Source of the DNA: Planctomycetota bacterium
GTDB taxonomy: Bacteria > Planctomycetota > MHYJ01 > WSZJ01
Assembly (NCBI GenBank): GCA_038060895.1
Contig: JBBTCT010000031.1
Span: 32,001 to 96,000, forward strand
Length of the DNA stretch: 64,000 nt
Direction: 5' to 3'
Part shown: positions 54,243 to 63,310 of the stretch, piece by piece
How the letters are laid out: each line of letters starts with the position of its first letter
Numbering within the stretch: the stretch's first letter is position 1
The notes under the pieces: generated by a model
Seen by the model: the letters and a program-made list of their open reading frames with translations, nothing else
What the model was told of the DNA's origin: nothing
Database searches by the model: none
Position numbers and translations under genes: made by a program

Positions 54243-55472
54243 ATGGGCACCCGTCTCCTGCTTGCTGCGATTCTTCTCCTCGACACTTCGCTGTCGGCCT
54301 CCGCCCAGGACGAGAAGCGCCCGGGCCGCGTTGTCGCCAAACTACCCTCTGAAGTGCAGCTCGGAATATGCGAGCCGGCGTTCAGCCGCGGCGGGAAGCA
54401 GGTTGCTTACGAAGCGCTGATCGAAGACAAGTCCGTCGTGATTTTCGGCAACGACGTCTCCGACCCGTGCGACGTGGTCGAGTGGCTTGAGTATTCGCCC
54501 TCGTCTGGCGAGCTCGCCTCCCTCGTGGTGGTCGCCGGCAAGTACCGCCTCACCGTCGGGAAAAAGGCGCTTCCGGACTGCGAGAGCATCAAGTTCCCGG
54601 AGTGGACGCCCGATGGCGCGCGGGTGGTCTGCGTAGGACGGATTGACGGGAAGGACGTGGTTTTCACCGGGGGCGACAAGGGCAAGGCGTACGAGGAGGT
54701 GCGTCCGCCGGTCATCAGCCCAGGCGGCGAGCACGTGGCGTACGCGGCGAAGCGCGACGGGCAGTACTTCCTCGTGCTCGACGGCAAGGAGAACGGCCCC
54801 TGGGACGACGTCATTCAGCCACAGTTCAGCGCGACGGGCGGCGTCGTAGGTTTCGCCGGAAAGCGCGACAAGAAGTGGCGCATTGTCTGCAACGGGAAGG
54901 AAGAACCCGAGCATGACAAGGTCAGCCTGACGAAGGGCTTTTCCCCTGACGGCGTATCGGTCGCGTACGTCGCCGAGGACGGAGGGAAGATCCGGATCAT
55001 CCGCGAGGGCAAGGAGGAAGATCCTCACGAAGGTTTCGGTTGGGAGATGGTCTTCCGTAAATCCCCGGACGTCTTCGCGTGTTCGGTCTACGACAAGGGC
55101 CGGTGCCATCTGCTCCTGAACGGCAAGCCGCAGGGGCGCGGGTGCAAGTTCATCGAGATGCTCTCTGCCAGCCCGGATGGCACCCGCCTCACGTGGGTGG
55201 CGGGAGAGGAGAGCAAGGCGTGCGTGGTCGTTGACGGTAAGGAGCACGACAATCACGAGGAGATTCGCGGGCTCGGGTTCAGCCCCGACGGCGCGAGCGT
55301 GGCCTGGTTCACTCGCGACGGCGAAGACCACAAGTTCTACCTCAACTCGAAGGTCGTCGGGACCAGCGAAGCCGCGACCCCGCGGTTCGAGTTCAGTCCG
55401 GACGGCAGCAAGCTGTCCTTCGGCGTCTACACGAACCAGCGCTTCCGGTGGGTCGAGGTGAAGACCAGGTGA
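54243..55472 (+). CDS. Secreted beta-propeller (PD40/TolB-like) repeat protein
   Basis: Signal peptide; repeated FSPDG..VAY..VVVDGKE units. Confidence 0.85.
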   Translation: MGTRLLLAAILLLDTSLSASAQDEKRPGRVVAKLPSEVQLGICEPAFSRGGKQVAYEALIEDKSVVIFGNDVSDPCDVVEWLEYSPSSGELASLVVVAGKYRLTVGKKALPDCESIKFPEWTPDGARVVCVGRIDGKDVVFTGGDKGKAYEEVRPPVISPGGEHVAYAAKRDGQYFLVLDGKENGPWDDVIQPQFSATGGVVGFAGKRDKKWRIVCNGKEEPEHDKVSLTKGFSPDGVSVAYVAEDGGKIRIIREGKEEDPHEGFGWEMVFRKSPDVFACSVYDKGRCHLLLNGKPQGRGCKFIEMLSASPDGTRLTWVAGEESKACVVVDGKEHDNHEEIRGLGFSPDGASVAWFTRDGEDHKFYLNSKVVGTSEAATPRFEFSPDGSKLSFGVYTNQRFRWVEVKTR

Positions 55473-55924
55473 ACGCCCCATGGTTCAAGGACGGCGTCCC
55501 CTTCCGCTGCCTCGGCCCCGAGTGCGGCGACTGTTGCTCCGGCAAGCACGGGCCGGGCGCGGTGTGGGTGAACGCGAAGGAAATGGCAGTGCTCGCGCAG
55601 CACCTCGGGCTCGGCTTCGACGATTTCACGCGGCGTTGTGTGCGCTCGATCAACGGCGAGTACTCGCTCCTGGAGAAACCGAACTTCGACTGCGTCTTTT
55701 ACGAGGCGGGGAAAGGCTGCACCGTCTACGCCGCGCGCCCGTCGCAGTGCCGCACCTACCCATTCTGGAGCAAGGTGATGGCGGCGAAGTGGAAGTGGGA
55801 TTCGGAGGCGACGGTGTGCCCGGGGATTGGGGTGGAAGGGGCGAATACGCCGGCGTCGGAGGTCGGCGCGCTGTTGGCCGAAGACCACGCGAGGTTCCCG
55901 GAAGGACGGCCGCCGGTAGTTTGA
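55469..55924 (+). CDS. YkgJ family CxxCxxCC (Fe-S/Zn) protein
   Basis: FRCLGPECGDCC, DCVFY, CTVYAARPSQCRTYPFW, CPGIG. Confidence 0.9.
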   Translation: MNAPWFKDGVPFRCLGPECGDCCSGKHGPGAVWVNAKEMAVLAQHLGLGFDDFTRRCVRSINGEYSLLEKPNFDCVFYEAGKGCTVYAARPSQCRTYPFWSKVMAAKWKWDSEATVCPGIGVEGANTPASEVGALLAEDHARFPEGRPPVV

Positions 55925-55939
55925 CCCGCGCTACGCGCG

Positions 55940-56092
55940 GGAAACGGCAACTTCAATTTCAACTTCAACTTTCAAGTCTCAAGCAAACGCCAACTTCAAA
56001 CGGACAACTTCAATTCACCGGGTCCTTGAAGTTGTCCGTTTGAGGTTGCTGCTTGCTTGAAACTTGAAGTTGAAATTGAAGTTGCCGTTTCC
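55940..56092. repeat. ~70-bp-stem inverted repeat between convergent genes, built of CAACTT/TTCAA units
   Basis: GGAAACGGCAACTTCAATTTCAACTTCAA...CAAACGGACAACTTCAA / TTGAAGTTGTCCGTTTG...TTGAAGTTGAAATTGAAGTTGCCGTTTCC. Confidence 0.92.
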
Positions 56093-56107
56093 ACGCGATC
56101 AGGACCT

Positions 56108-56278
56108 CTACGCAGCCTGGTCATTCCCGCTGCTGGCCCTGGTCCCGCAGAAAAACCACTTCCGGAATGTATCCCAGCACTTCGCGCAGACGTACTGCAC
56201 CTTCTCGTCGAACTTTACGAACTGGTGCGTCGGGATGTACTCCTGGCAATGGCAGCGCTGGCACGTGTGCTTTTCCAC
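56108..56278 (-). CDS. 56-aa putative zinc-binding protein
   Basis: GTG after GAGGGAG; CQRC...CAKC pairs; sits at the 3' end of a spurious longer ORF. Confidence 0.75.
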   Translation of the reverse strand: MEKHTCQRCHCQEYIPTHQFVKFDEKVQYVCAKCWDTFRKWFFCGTRASSGNDQAA

Positions 56279-56471
56279 GGTGCGGCTCCCCTCTCTCGTT
56301 GTGGGCCCGCTGCCGCGCGACCCTGCGGGGGAAACCGGTGGTCTCCACCCCGGGCGAACGCAACGAGCCGAAGGAGCACGCCTGCACGGTCTCCGAGGCC
56401 GCAGCAGACGGGTCGCTCCCTCTCGGGACTTGATTCGGCGGGCGGGCCGCGGCGACTTGAGGGAAATCCGG

Positions 56472-57488
56472 TTATTTTGCGCGGGCGCGGATGGCAGAAG
56501 CGGCCTTTGCGGCGGCGTCCTTCGTTTCCTGGGTCTTGAATTCGGCGTAGAAGGTGGAAGCGGTTCCGGCCGTGATCTTGTCGAGGGCCGGAAGCGCCTC
56601 GGCGCCGCCGTCGTGTTCGAGAGCGCGGATGAGCAGGAGGGGGGCGCCGGGGGCGATCGCGAGGGTCTTCCCGTCCACCATGGCGGTGAGGAGTTGGGCC
56701 TGGGCCTCGCCGGCACGGGGAGTGCGAATCTCGGCCAGGACTGGCGTCAACCAGGCGACGTCGTCGGACGTCGGAAAGGACGCGCCGAGGACGGTCATCG
56801 CCGCGTCGATCGCGGCGTCCCCGGCGGCCTCGATCGCCGGCCGGTCGCCCGTCCCGATCGCCCATGCCGCCTTCTCGGCCCCGCTCGACGGCGTCCACCC
56901 CCCCGCCTTCAGCGCCACCACCGCCGTCTCCCGCGTCTTCGACCTCAAGCACCCCTTCAACACCTCCGGCACCGCTCCCTTGACTCCTAGCGTCGCGGCA
57001 ACCAGAGCCGGCGCGAGCTTTGTCCGCTCATCGTTCATCAGATGATCCATCGCTACCACCCGCACCGACATCCGCTTCGACACGTATTCCATCTTCAGGC
57101 TCCCCGCCTCGACGGTGAAATCGAGCGTCGGCCCGGAAGCACCCTTGGGGGTCACGCTGAACCGCAGCGTGAACGTCCATCCGTCGTCGCCGTTGTCGAA
57201 TTTCCCGCAGACCCGCTCGCTGCACTCGACCGTGAGCGTCGCGTCGTACGATTTCGCGGGGTCCTTGTCGGAGCCGACGGCGTTGCTTCGAAGCCCGCTG
57301 TAGATTTGCGACCACAACCCGTAGCCGGAAACGCCCTTGTAGTGGCCCGGGATCTCGCTCGCGAACAGGACATTTTTCTCCACCGGCGGCAAGTTCACGA
57401 CCGGGTTTCCCGTTCCGGCCGGGATGGCCGGCTTCCTGGAGCACGCCGCCACTACCAGGACCAGCCCGAGCGCCCAAACCCGCTTCAT
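56472..57488 (-). CDS. Hypothetical lipoprotein with helical (HEAT-like) C-terminus
   Basis: MKRVWALGLVLVVAAC lipobox; GAGGAGG SD. Confidence 0.75.
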   Translation of the reverse strand: MKRVWALGLVLVVAACSRKPAIPAGTGNPVVNLPPVEKNVLFASEIPGHYKGVSGYGLWSQIYSGLRSNAVGSDKDPAKSYDATLTVECSERVCGKFDNGDDGWTFTLRFSVTPKGASGPTLDFTVEAGSLKMEYVSKRMSVRVVAMDHLMNDERTKLAPALVAATLGVKGAVPEVLKGCLRSKTRETAVVALKAGGWTPSSGAEKAAWAIGTGDRPAIEAAGDAAIDAAMTVLGASFPTSDDVAWLTPVLAEIRTPRAGEAQAQLLTAMVDGKTLAIAPGAPLLLIRALEHDGGAEALPALDKITAGTASTFYAEFKTQETKDAAAKAASAIRARAK

Positions 57489-57565
57489 GCCGCCTCCTCG
57501 AAGATCGTGCCGCCCCCTCGCGGCAGGGATAGAATGCCACAACAGGGAAACAGGCGAGGACAAGA

Positions 57566-58303
57566 ATGCTTTCGCAGGCCATCAAGGCAGGTTTCAAGCG
57601 GTCCTTCATGACCGGCATCGCTTCCCTGCTCCCCACTACCCTCACGATCCTCATTCTCATCGCCGCGTTCGGCATCCTGAACGACTACGTGGGGAAACCG
57701 ATGGGGGGCCTCGTCCTCTGGGGACTCGACCGCTGGGCGGGCCGGCCGTTCGGCGATTTCATCGTCTCGTTCACGAGCCACTCCCTCCTCGACCTGCGCG
57801 CGACCGACCACTGGCTGAAGTCCGCGATCGGCTTCCCTGTCGCCGCCGTGCTCATCTTCTTCCTCGGCTTCCTCTTCGCTTCCTTCCTCGGCCGCCGACT
57901 GATGGGCACCTTCGATCACATCGTCGCGCGCTTCCCCATCATCGGCAGCATTTACGGGTACGGAAAGCAGGTGTCGGACTTCCTGATGAAGAGCAACAAG
58001 CAGGTCGAGTTCAAGAGCGTGGTGCTGGTGAAGTATCCGTACGAGGGGATCTGGTCGATCGGGTTCGTCACGAACGACGGGATCAGCGTGCTGAACGAGC
58101 GCGAGGGGAAGGAGATGGTGACGGTGTGCGTGCCGAACGCGCCGACGCTCATCACCGGATGGGTCCTGATTCTCCCGAGGGCGGACGTGATTCCGCTCGA
58201 CATGAGCGTGGACGAGGCGATCCCGTTCATCGTGAGCGCGGGGGTGCTGCTGCCCGAACGGCTGCGTCCTGCGAAATCGCTCCCCGTGGGGGTGAAGGCG
58301 TGA
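57566..58303 (+). CDS. DUF502 membrane protein
   Basis: FMTG..LLP, PIIGSIY, FKSVVLVKYP, GFVT, VPNAPTLITG, LDMSVDEA..IVSAG. Confidence 0.92.
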   Translation: MLSQAIKAGFKRSFMTGIASLLPTTLTILILIAAFGILNDYVGKPMGGLVLWGLDRWAGRPFGDFIVSFTSHSLLDLRATDHWLKSAIGFPVAAVLIFFLGFLFASFLGRRLMGTFDHIVARFPIIGSIYGYGKQVSDFLMKSNKQVEFKSVVLVKYPYEGIWSIGFVTNDGISVLNEREGKEMVTVCVPNAPTLITGWVLILPRADVIPLDMSVDEAIPFIVSAGVLLPERLRPAKSLPVGVKA

Positions 58304-59475
58304 GGCGGGTCAAAGTCGATGAAGCGGTGGCGGGACAGCGCGTTGCGCGGGCGCTCTATTACCCGAATGGCGCGGCGATGCTGGCGGCGGGGGCGGCGCT
58401 GACGCCGGCGGCGATCCAGCGCCTGGCGCAGGCGGGCTACCGCGACCTGTACGTACTCGAAGAAGGGGCGGAGGGCGTTGACGGGCGCGACCTCATCATC
58501 GAGGCCGCGCGGGCGCCGATGGCGCGCAAGCTTGCCGCGTTCTTCAAGTCGGTCCGCGACACGATCGGGCGTGCGGCAGGGATCGAGGCTGCGGACGAGC
58601 CCAACACGGTGAGCGAGAAGCTCGCAAATCCCGACGTGCGCAAGGCCGTGAAGTCCCTCCGGTTCGTCGAAGCGATGTCCGGCCCGGACCTCGACGCGTT
58701 CTTCGACGGCATCGCCCTCGAAAAGGACGCGCCGATGGTCACCGGCATGCCCCGCACCGACGCGAGCCACCACGTCGATCACGCACTCAACGTAGCGGCA
58801 CGAAGCGTCATGGTCGCGCGCCGGCTCGGCTGGGCGCCGCGCGAGTGCCGCGAACTGTGCGTTGGAGCGCTCCTGCACGACGTCGGTTACCACGTGCTCC
58901 CCGAGGAAATCGTCAAGACCGCCCCCGGGCAGCAGATGCACCCGGCCGCGGGCTACCACATCCTCCGCTCCGACACCGGCCTCTCGCTCCTCTGCGCCCA
59001 CTGCGCCTACCAGCACCACGAGCGCTTCGACGGAAGAGGCATCCCGCGGCGGCTCGTCGGGATGCAGACACTTTCCGCGCGCGATTCGACGGGCCCCGGA
59101 TCGATGCACCGCTACGCAAGCGTCATCGCGGTCTCCGACGTGTTCGACCTCCTCACCTCAGGGTTCCCCGACGGCTGGGCGATGCGCGATGACGAAGCGC
59201 TGCAGCTGATGCGCAACGAATCTGGAAAGGCTCTTCACCCCGACGGCCTGAAGGCCTTCCTTGCGCTCACCCCGCCCTACCCGGTCGGGCTCGAAGTCGA
59301 GGTGCTCGACAGCGAGTGGGCGGGATGCACGGGCATCGTCGCTTCCGTCACCGCAGGATCGATGGACCGTCCCGCGATCAAGGTCCTGCGGAGCGGCGGC
59401 GCGCCGCTTCCCAAGGCGGTCGATATCGACCTTGCGAAGACGGAGACGAGTTTCCGGCCGCGCGGAACGAAATAG
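58300..59475 (+). CDS. HD-GYP domain phosphohydrolase
   Basis: HALNVA, ALLHDVG, HP..GY, QHHERFDGRGIP, VSDVFD, PYPVG. Confidence 0.9.
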   Translation: MRRVKVDEAVAGQRVARALYYPNGAAMLAAGAALTPAAIQRLAQAGYRDLYVLEEGAEGVDGRDLIIEAARAPMARKLAAFFKSVRDTIGRAAGIEAADEPNTVSEKLANPDVRKAVKSLRFVEAMSGPDLDAFFDGIALEKDAPMVTGMPRTDASHHVDHALNVAARSVMVARRLGWAPRECRELCVGALLHDVGYHVLPEEIVKTAPGQQMHPAAGYHILRSDTGLSLLCAHCAYQHHERFDGRGIPRRLVGMQTLSARDSTGPGSMHRYASVIAVSDVFDLLTSGFPDGWAMRDDEALQLMRNESGKALHPDGLKAFLALTPPYPVGLEVEVLDSEWAGCTGIVASVTAGSMDRPAIKVLRSGGAPLPKAVDIDLAKTETSFRPRGTK

Positions 59476-59487
59476 TTGCCGGCGGCC

Positions 59488-60597
59488 CTACCTGACGCCG
59501 GGCGCGTTCGCGTAGCGGTAATACACCTCGAGCGCCAGCGTACCCATCGCGGTGCGCACCGCCGACCCCGTCGCCCCCGAAGGCCCGGGCCAGGTCCCTT
59601 CACGGTTCTGGTTCAGAACAAGCGCCTCCTTCAGCGCCGCGCTCCATGTCTTCCAGGATTCCCCGACCGAATCGACGTGTCCGGGCCCCTCAAACTGGTG
59701 AAGCGCCAGCGTTGCGAAGTACCAGCGCGTGAATTCGGGCTTCTCCCAGGCCGGCGGCGCGGCGGCGAGAGCGACGGCGAGACCGGGAAGTGACGGGTGT
59801 TCTCCGTCTCCGGCGACCAGGAGAAACGCCGCCGCGGCTTCCGGCGTCGGCCCGGCGTTGAGAGACTCGAACAGGCGTTCCTTTGTCCGCCCGGCCGCGG
59901 CTTCATCGAACGCCAGGTCGGACAGTTTCGCGGAGGCCGCTGCGAAGGCGGCCCAGGATTCGGCGAGTGGGTCGCCGCGGGTGGCATCGAAGCGCTGGAA
60001 CGCGTCGTAGCGGGCCAGGGCGGACTCGCACATGACGCCGATGCCGCCGGAGTTCGTGAGGCCCCAGGCCTGGCTCATCACGAGCGCGTGCAGCGACGCG
60101 TCGAAGGCATCCGTGGGCGGCCGCGTGTCCAGCCAATTCAGGCCGGCTCTGATCGCGTCGCCGAAGGCCTTCCTGTTCTCCGATCCCTCGACGGAAACGG
60201 ACTCGTTTGAGAGGTGCGTGTACCCCGCCGAAAGCAGGGCGAGGAGGCAGAGCGCGGTGGCCGACGTCGGCGAGTAGATGTGTCCTTCAAAGATCTCGGC
60301 CTCGCCGCCCCAGGAGCCGTCGAGGTTCTGGTGGCGCAGCATCCATTTCAGCGACGCGCTCCCGCCGGATCCGCAGGCGTAGACTGCGGAGGATCCCTGG
60401 ACAAGCTTGCGAACCGGCCTTTCAGCGGAAATCACGGGCTCGGCAGCTGCGGACAGCTCGATTTCGCAAATCGCCTCCGGCGCCGCGAAATGCGGGGCAA
60501 CGTCCGTGATGACATGGCCTGCGGGGACACCCCTGCGGATGAGCAACGCGATGAGAAGCGCGATCAGGAAGGCCACGGCGGTCGTTCGCATGTCCAT
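59488..60597 (-). CDS. Prenyltransferase/squalene-cyclase-repeat protein
   Basis: LKWMLRHQNLDGSW, ALCLLALLSAG, IRAGLNWL, NQNREGTW, TAMGTLALEVYYRY. Confidence 0.8.
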   Translation of the reverse strand: MDMRTTAVAFLIALLIALLIRRGVPAGHVITDVAPHFAAPEAICEIELSAAAEPVISAERPVRKLVQGSSAVYACGSGGSASLKWMLRHQNLDGSWGGEAEIFEGHIYSPTSATALCLLALLSAGYTHLSNESVSVEGSENRKAFGDAIRAGLNWLDTRPPTDAFDASLHALVMSQAWGLTNSGGIGVMCESALARYDAFQRFDATRGDPLAESWAAFAAASAKLSDLAFDEAAAGRTKERLFESLNAGPTPEAAAAFLLVAGDGEHPSLPGLAVALAAAPPAWEKPEFTRWYFATLALHQFEGPGHVDSVGESWKTWSAALKEALVLNQNREGTWPGPSGATGSAVRTAMGTLALEVYYRYANAPGVR

Positions 60598-60672
60598 GCC
60601 AACGTGCCCCGGCTGTACCGGTTCGGCGCATTCCCGGTTGCGGAATCCGCGGCCGTCCTGCTTACTCCCCGC

Positions 60673-61839
60673 GTGCTTCGCTTCGCCCTCCTCAACATCC
60701 TGACCCGCCCGCTGCGCTCTTTCCTCGCGCTCATCGGCGTCGCCGTTGCGATTGCGGGGGTCGTGGGGCTGATCAGCGTGTCGTCCGGGCTCAAGAACAC
60801 GATGTCGGACACACTGGCGAAGGTGGAAGGGCTCGTCATGATCGAGGCGAACTCGGTCGACCCTATCTTCTCGAGCCTCCCGATCGCCTACGCAGCCCGC
60901 GTCGAAAAGATCCCCGGCGTGGCGGCGTGCGTTCCCGAGTACTGGAAAGTCGCCCCCAACGTCGAGGGGCAGAAGACGCTCATGGGGATGTTCTCGGCGG
61001 TCGTCGTCCTGGGCCTCGACCCGGAGCGGCATACGCGGCTCTCCGCGGGACACGTGTACTCGCGCTCGATGAAACGCGGCCGGAACATCGAGGCGCAGGA
61101 TGCGGGGAAACGGCGCGTCGTGGTCTCGGAGCGCATCGCGAAGAAGTACGGAAAGGACGTCGGCGGCACGATCAGGGTGGGCGAGCTGCAGTATGACGTC
61201 GTCGGCGTCTACCAGACCGGGTCGCTCTTCCTCGACGGCACGCTCGTCATGCATCTCGACCAGGCGTGGGCGTTCGCGGGAATTTCGGGAAAGGACGTGG
61301 TGACGAGCTTCTACGTCGAGCCCGTGACGCAATCGCCGGAGGAAATGGCGCGCATTGAGAAGGCGATCGAGGACGAATTCTCGAAGGACCCCAAGAAAAT
61401 CGACTGCCTGTCGACGGCCGAGTGGCAGTCGGAATTCGGAAAGCTCATCTCGAATCTCGACGTGTTCCTGATGGTCGTCTCCTCCATCGCCGTCATCGTC
61501 GGCGCGATCGGCATCCTCAACACCATGCTCATGAGCGTCACCGAGCGCATCCCCGAGTTCGGAATCCTCAAAGCCAACGGCTGGTCGCGCGGCGACGTCA
61601 CGCGCCTCGTCCTCGCCGAAAGCACCTACCTCGGCATCGCCGGCGGCCTCCTCGGCTGCGGCGTCGGCGTCGCCGGCGTCCAGATCGCGGCACGCTTCAT
61701 GCCGTTCCAGCCCGCCACTCCGCTGTCCCTCGTCGCCACGGCCTTCGGCGTCGGCGTCGTCCTCGGAATCCTCGGCGGCGTCTACCCCGCGCGCCACGCC
61801 GCCGGCCTCTCTCCCGTCGAAGCGATCCGGGCCGCGTGA
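60673..61839 (+). CDS. ABC transporter permease (MacB/FtsX family)
   Basis: RSFLALIGVAVA, GILNTMLMSVTERIPEFGILKA.G, YPARHAA.LSPVEAIR. Confidence 0.93.
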   Translation: MLRFALLNILTRPLRSFLALIGVAVAIAGVVGLISVSSGLKNTMSDTLAKVEGLVMIEANSVDPIFSSLPIAYAARVEKIPGVAACVPEYWKVAPNVEGQKTLMGMFSAVVVLGLDPERHTRLSAGHVYSRSMKRGRNIEAQDAGKRRVVVSERIAKKYGKDVGGTIRVGELQYDVVGVYQTGSLFLDGTLVMHLDQAWAFAGISGKDVVTSFYVEPVTQSPEEMARIEKAIEDEFSKDPKKIDCLSTAEWQSEFGKLISNLDVFLMVVSSIAVIVGAIGILNTMLMSVTERIPEFGILKANGWSRGDVTRLVLAESTYLGIAGGLLGCGVGVAGVQIAARFMPFQPATPLSLVATAFGVGVVLGILGGVYPARHAAGLSPVEAIRAA

Positions 61840-62510
61840 GCCTCCTGCGCGCCGTGAATCTGACGAAAACGTTCGCGATCGGCGGCCGGCCGGTCGAGGC
61901 GCTGCGCGGGATCTCCATCGAACTCCCCGAAAAGAGCTTCACGTTCGTCGTCGGCCCCAGCGGAAGCGGCAAATCGACGTTCATGCACCTCGCAGGCGCG
62001 CTCGAGCGGCCGACCTCCGGGACGATCGAGGTCGCCGGCCGCGACCTCGGCGCCCTCTCCGACGACGACCTCTCCACCTTCCGCCGCGAAAAACTCGGCT
62101 TCGTTTTCCAGGCGTTCAACCTCATCCCGAACCTCAACGCCGTCGAAAACGTCCTCGTGCCCTTCTACGCCAAGGGCCTCGCCGAGGGGATGCGCGAAAA
62201 GGCGAAGGAAATGCTGAAGCGCGTCGGGCTCGGCGACCGGCTGGATCACCGCCCGAAACAACTCTCCGGCGGCGAACAGCAGCGCGTCGCGATCGCCAGG
62301 GCCCTGCTGAAGGATCCCATCCTCATGCTCGCCGACGAACCCACCGGCGAACTCGACTCCAAAACCGGCGCCGAGATCTTCGCTCTCCTGCGCACCCTGC
62401 ACCGCGAAAAGGGCGCTTCCGTCGTCGTCGTCACCCACGACACGCGCTACATTGAACCCGCCGACCGCGTGATCCTGATCGAAGACGGGCGCATCGTGGA
62501 GGGGAAGTGA
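61836..62510 (+). CDS. ABC transporter ATP-binding protein (LolD/MacB type)
   Basis: GPSGSGKST, LSGGEQQRVAIARAL, ADEPTG, VTHD. Confidence 0.95.
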   Translation: MSLLRAVNLTKTFAIGGRPVEALRGISIELPEKSFTFVVGPSGSGKSTFMHLAGALERPTSGTIEVAGRDLGALSDDDLSTFRREKLGFVFQAFNLIPNLNAVENVLVPFYAKGLAEGMREKAKEMLKRVGLGDRLDHRPKQLSGGEQQRVAIARALLKDPILMLADEPTGELDSKTGAEIFALLRTLHREKGASVVVVTHDTRYIEPADRVILIEDGRIVEGK

Positions 62511-63310
62511 AGAACCTGGCGAAAGTGAAGCGGCTGCTCGCGAACCCCGCGTTCCCCCGGGCGTCGAAGTACGACCCCGCCTGGATCCTCGCGAACGAGA
62601 TGGGCCCCAACGCGCTCTGGCTGGCGGAGTGGCTGACCGAGGTGATGGCGCTTCGACCCGGCATGCGCGTCCTGGACATGGGCTGCGGCCGCGCGATGAC
62701 GTCGGTGTTCCTCGCGCGCGAGTTCGGCGTCACGGTCTGGGCGAACGACCTCTGGATCACCGCAACACAGAACTTCCAGACCCTCCGCGAGGCCCGAGTC
62801 GAGGACCGCGTTTTCCCGATCCGGGCCGAAGCGCATGCGCTGCCGTATGCCGAGGGCTTCTTCGACGCCATCGTCAGCGTCGACTCCTACCACTACTACG
62901 GCACGAGCGACACCTACCTCGGCTACTTCTCAAAGTTCCTTCGCCCGCGCGGCCAGATTGGGATCGTGGTGCCGGGGCTAGTCCGCGAGATCAAGGGCGG
63001 CACGCCGCAGCATCTCGCACGCCCCTACGGCAAGTCGCCGCCGTTCTGGGACCCGAAAGAGTGCGGCAGCTTCCATACGGCTGCGTGGTGGAAGCGCCAC
63101 TGGGGCACGGGTCTCGTCGCGATCGAGTCGTGCTCGCTCCTCAAGGACGGCTGGAAACACTGGGTCCAGTGGGAGGACGCCCGCGAGGCGGGCGGCGGCG
63201 GTCACTCCGGATTTCCCAGCGAAGCGCCGGCGCTCCGGGCCGACCGCGGTCGAACGATGGGCTTCGTGCGGATGGTCGCACGGAAACCTGCGGCTATCGC
63301 GTCGTCCTGA
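62507..63310 (+). CDS. SAM-dependent methyltransferase
   Basis: MGPNALWL, VLDMGCG, AEAHALPYAEGFFDAIVSVDSYHY. Confidence 0.9.
   Translation: MKNLAKVKRLLANPAFPRASKYDPAWILANEMGPNALWLAEWLTEVMALRPGMRVLDMGCGRAMTSVFLAREFGVTVWANDLWITATQNFQTLREARVEDRVFPIRAEAHALPYAEGFFDAIVSVDSYHYYGTSDTYLGYFSKFLRPRGQIGIVVPGLVREIKGGTPQHLARPYGKSPPFWDPKECGSFHTAAWWKRHWGTGLVAIESCSLLKDGWKHWVQWEDAREAGGGGHSGFPSEAPALRADRGRTMGFVRMVARKPAAIASS

Noticed and set aside
56057-56990. ORFs beginning MKLKLKL / MKLEVEIEV
   Set aside because: They are translations of the hairpin repeat running antisense to real genes
59010-59050. HD-GYP motif reading GIP instead of GYP
   Set aside because: Metal ligands (HD, HHE, D) are intact and such variants are common; not evidence of novelty
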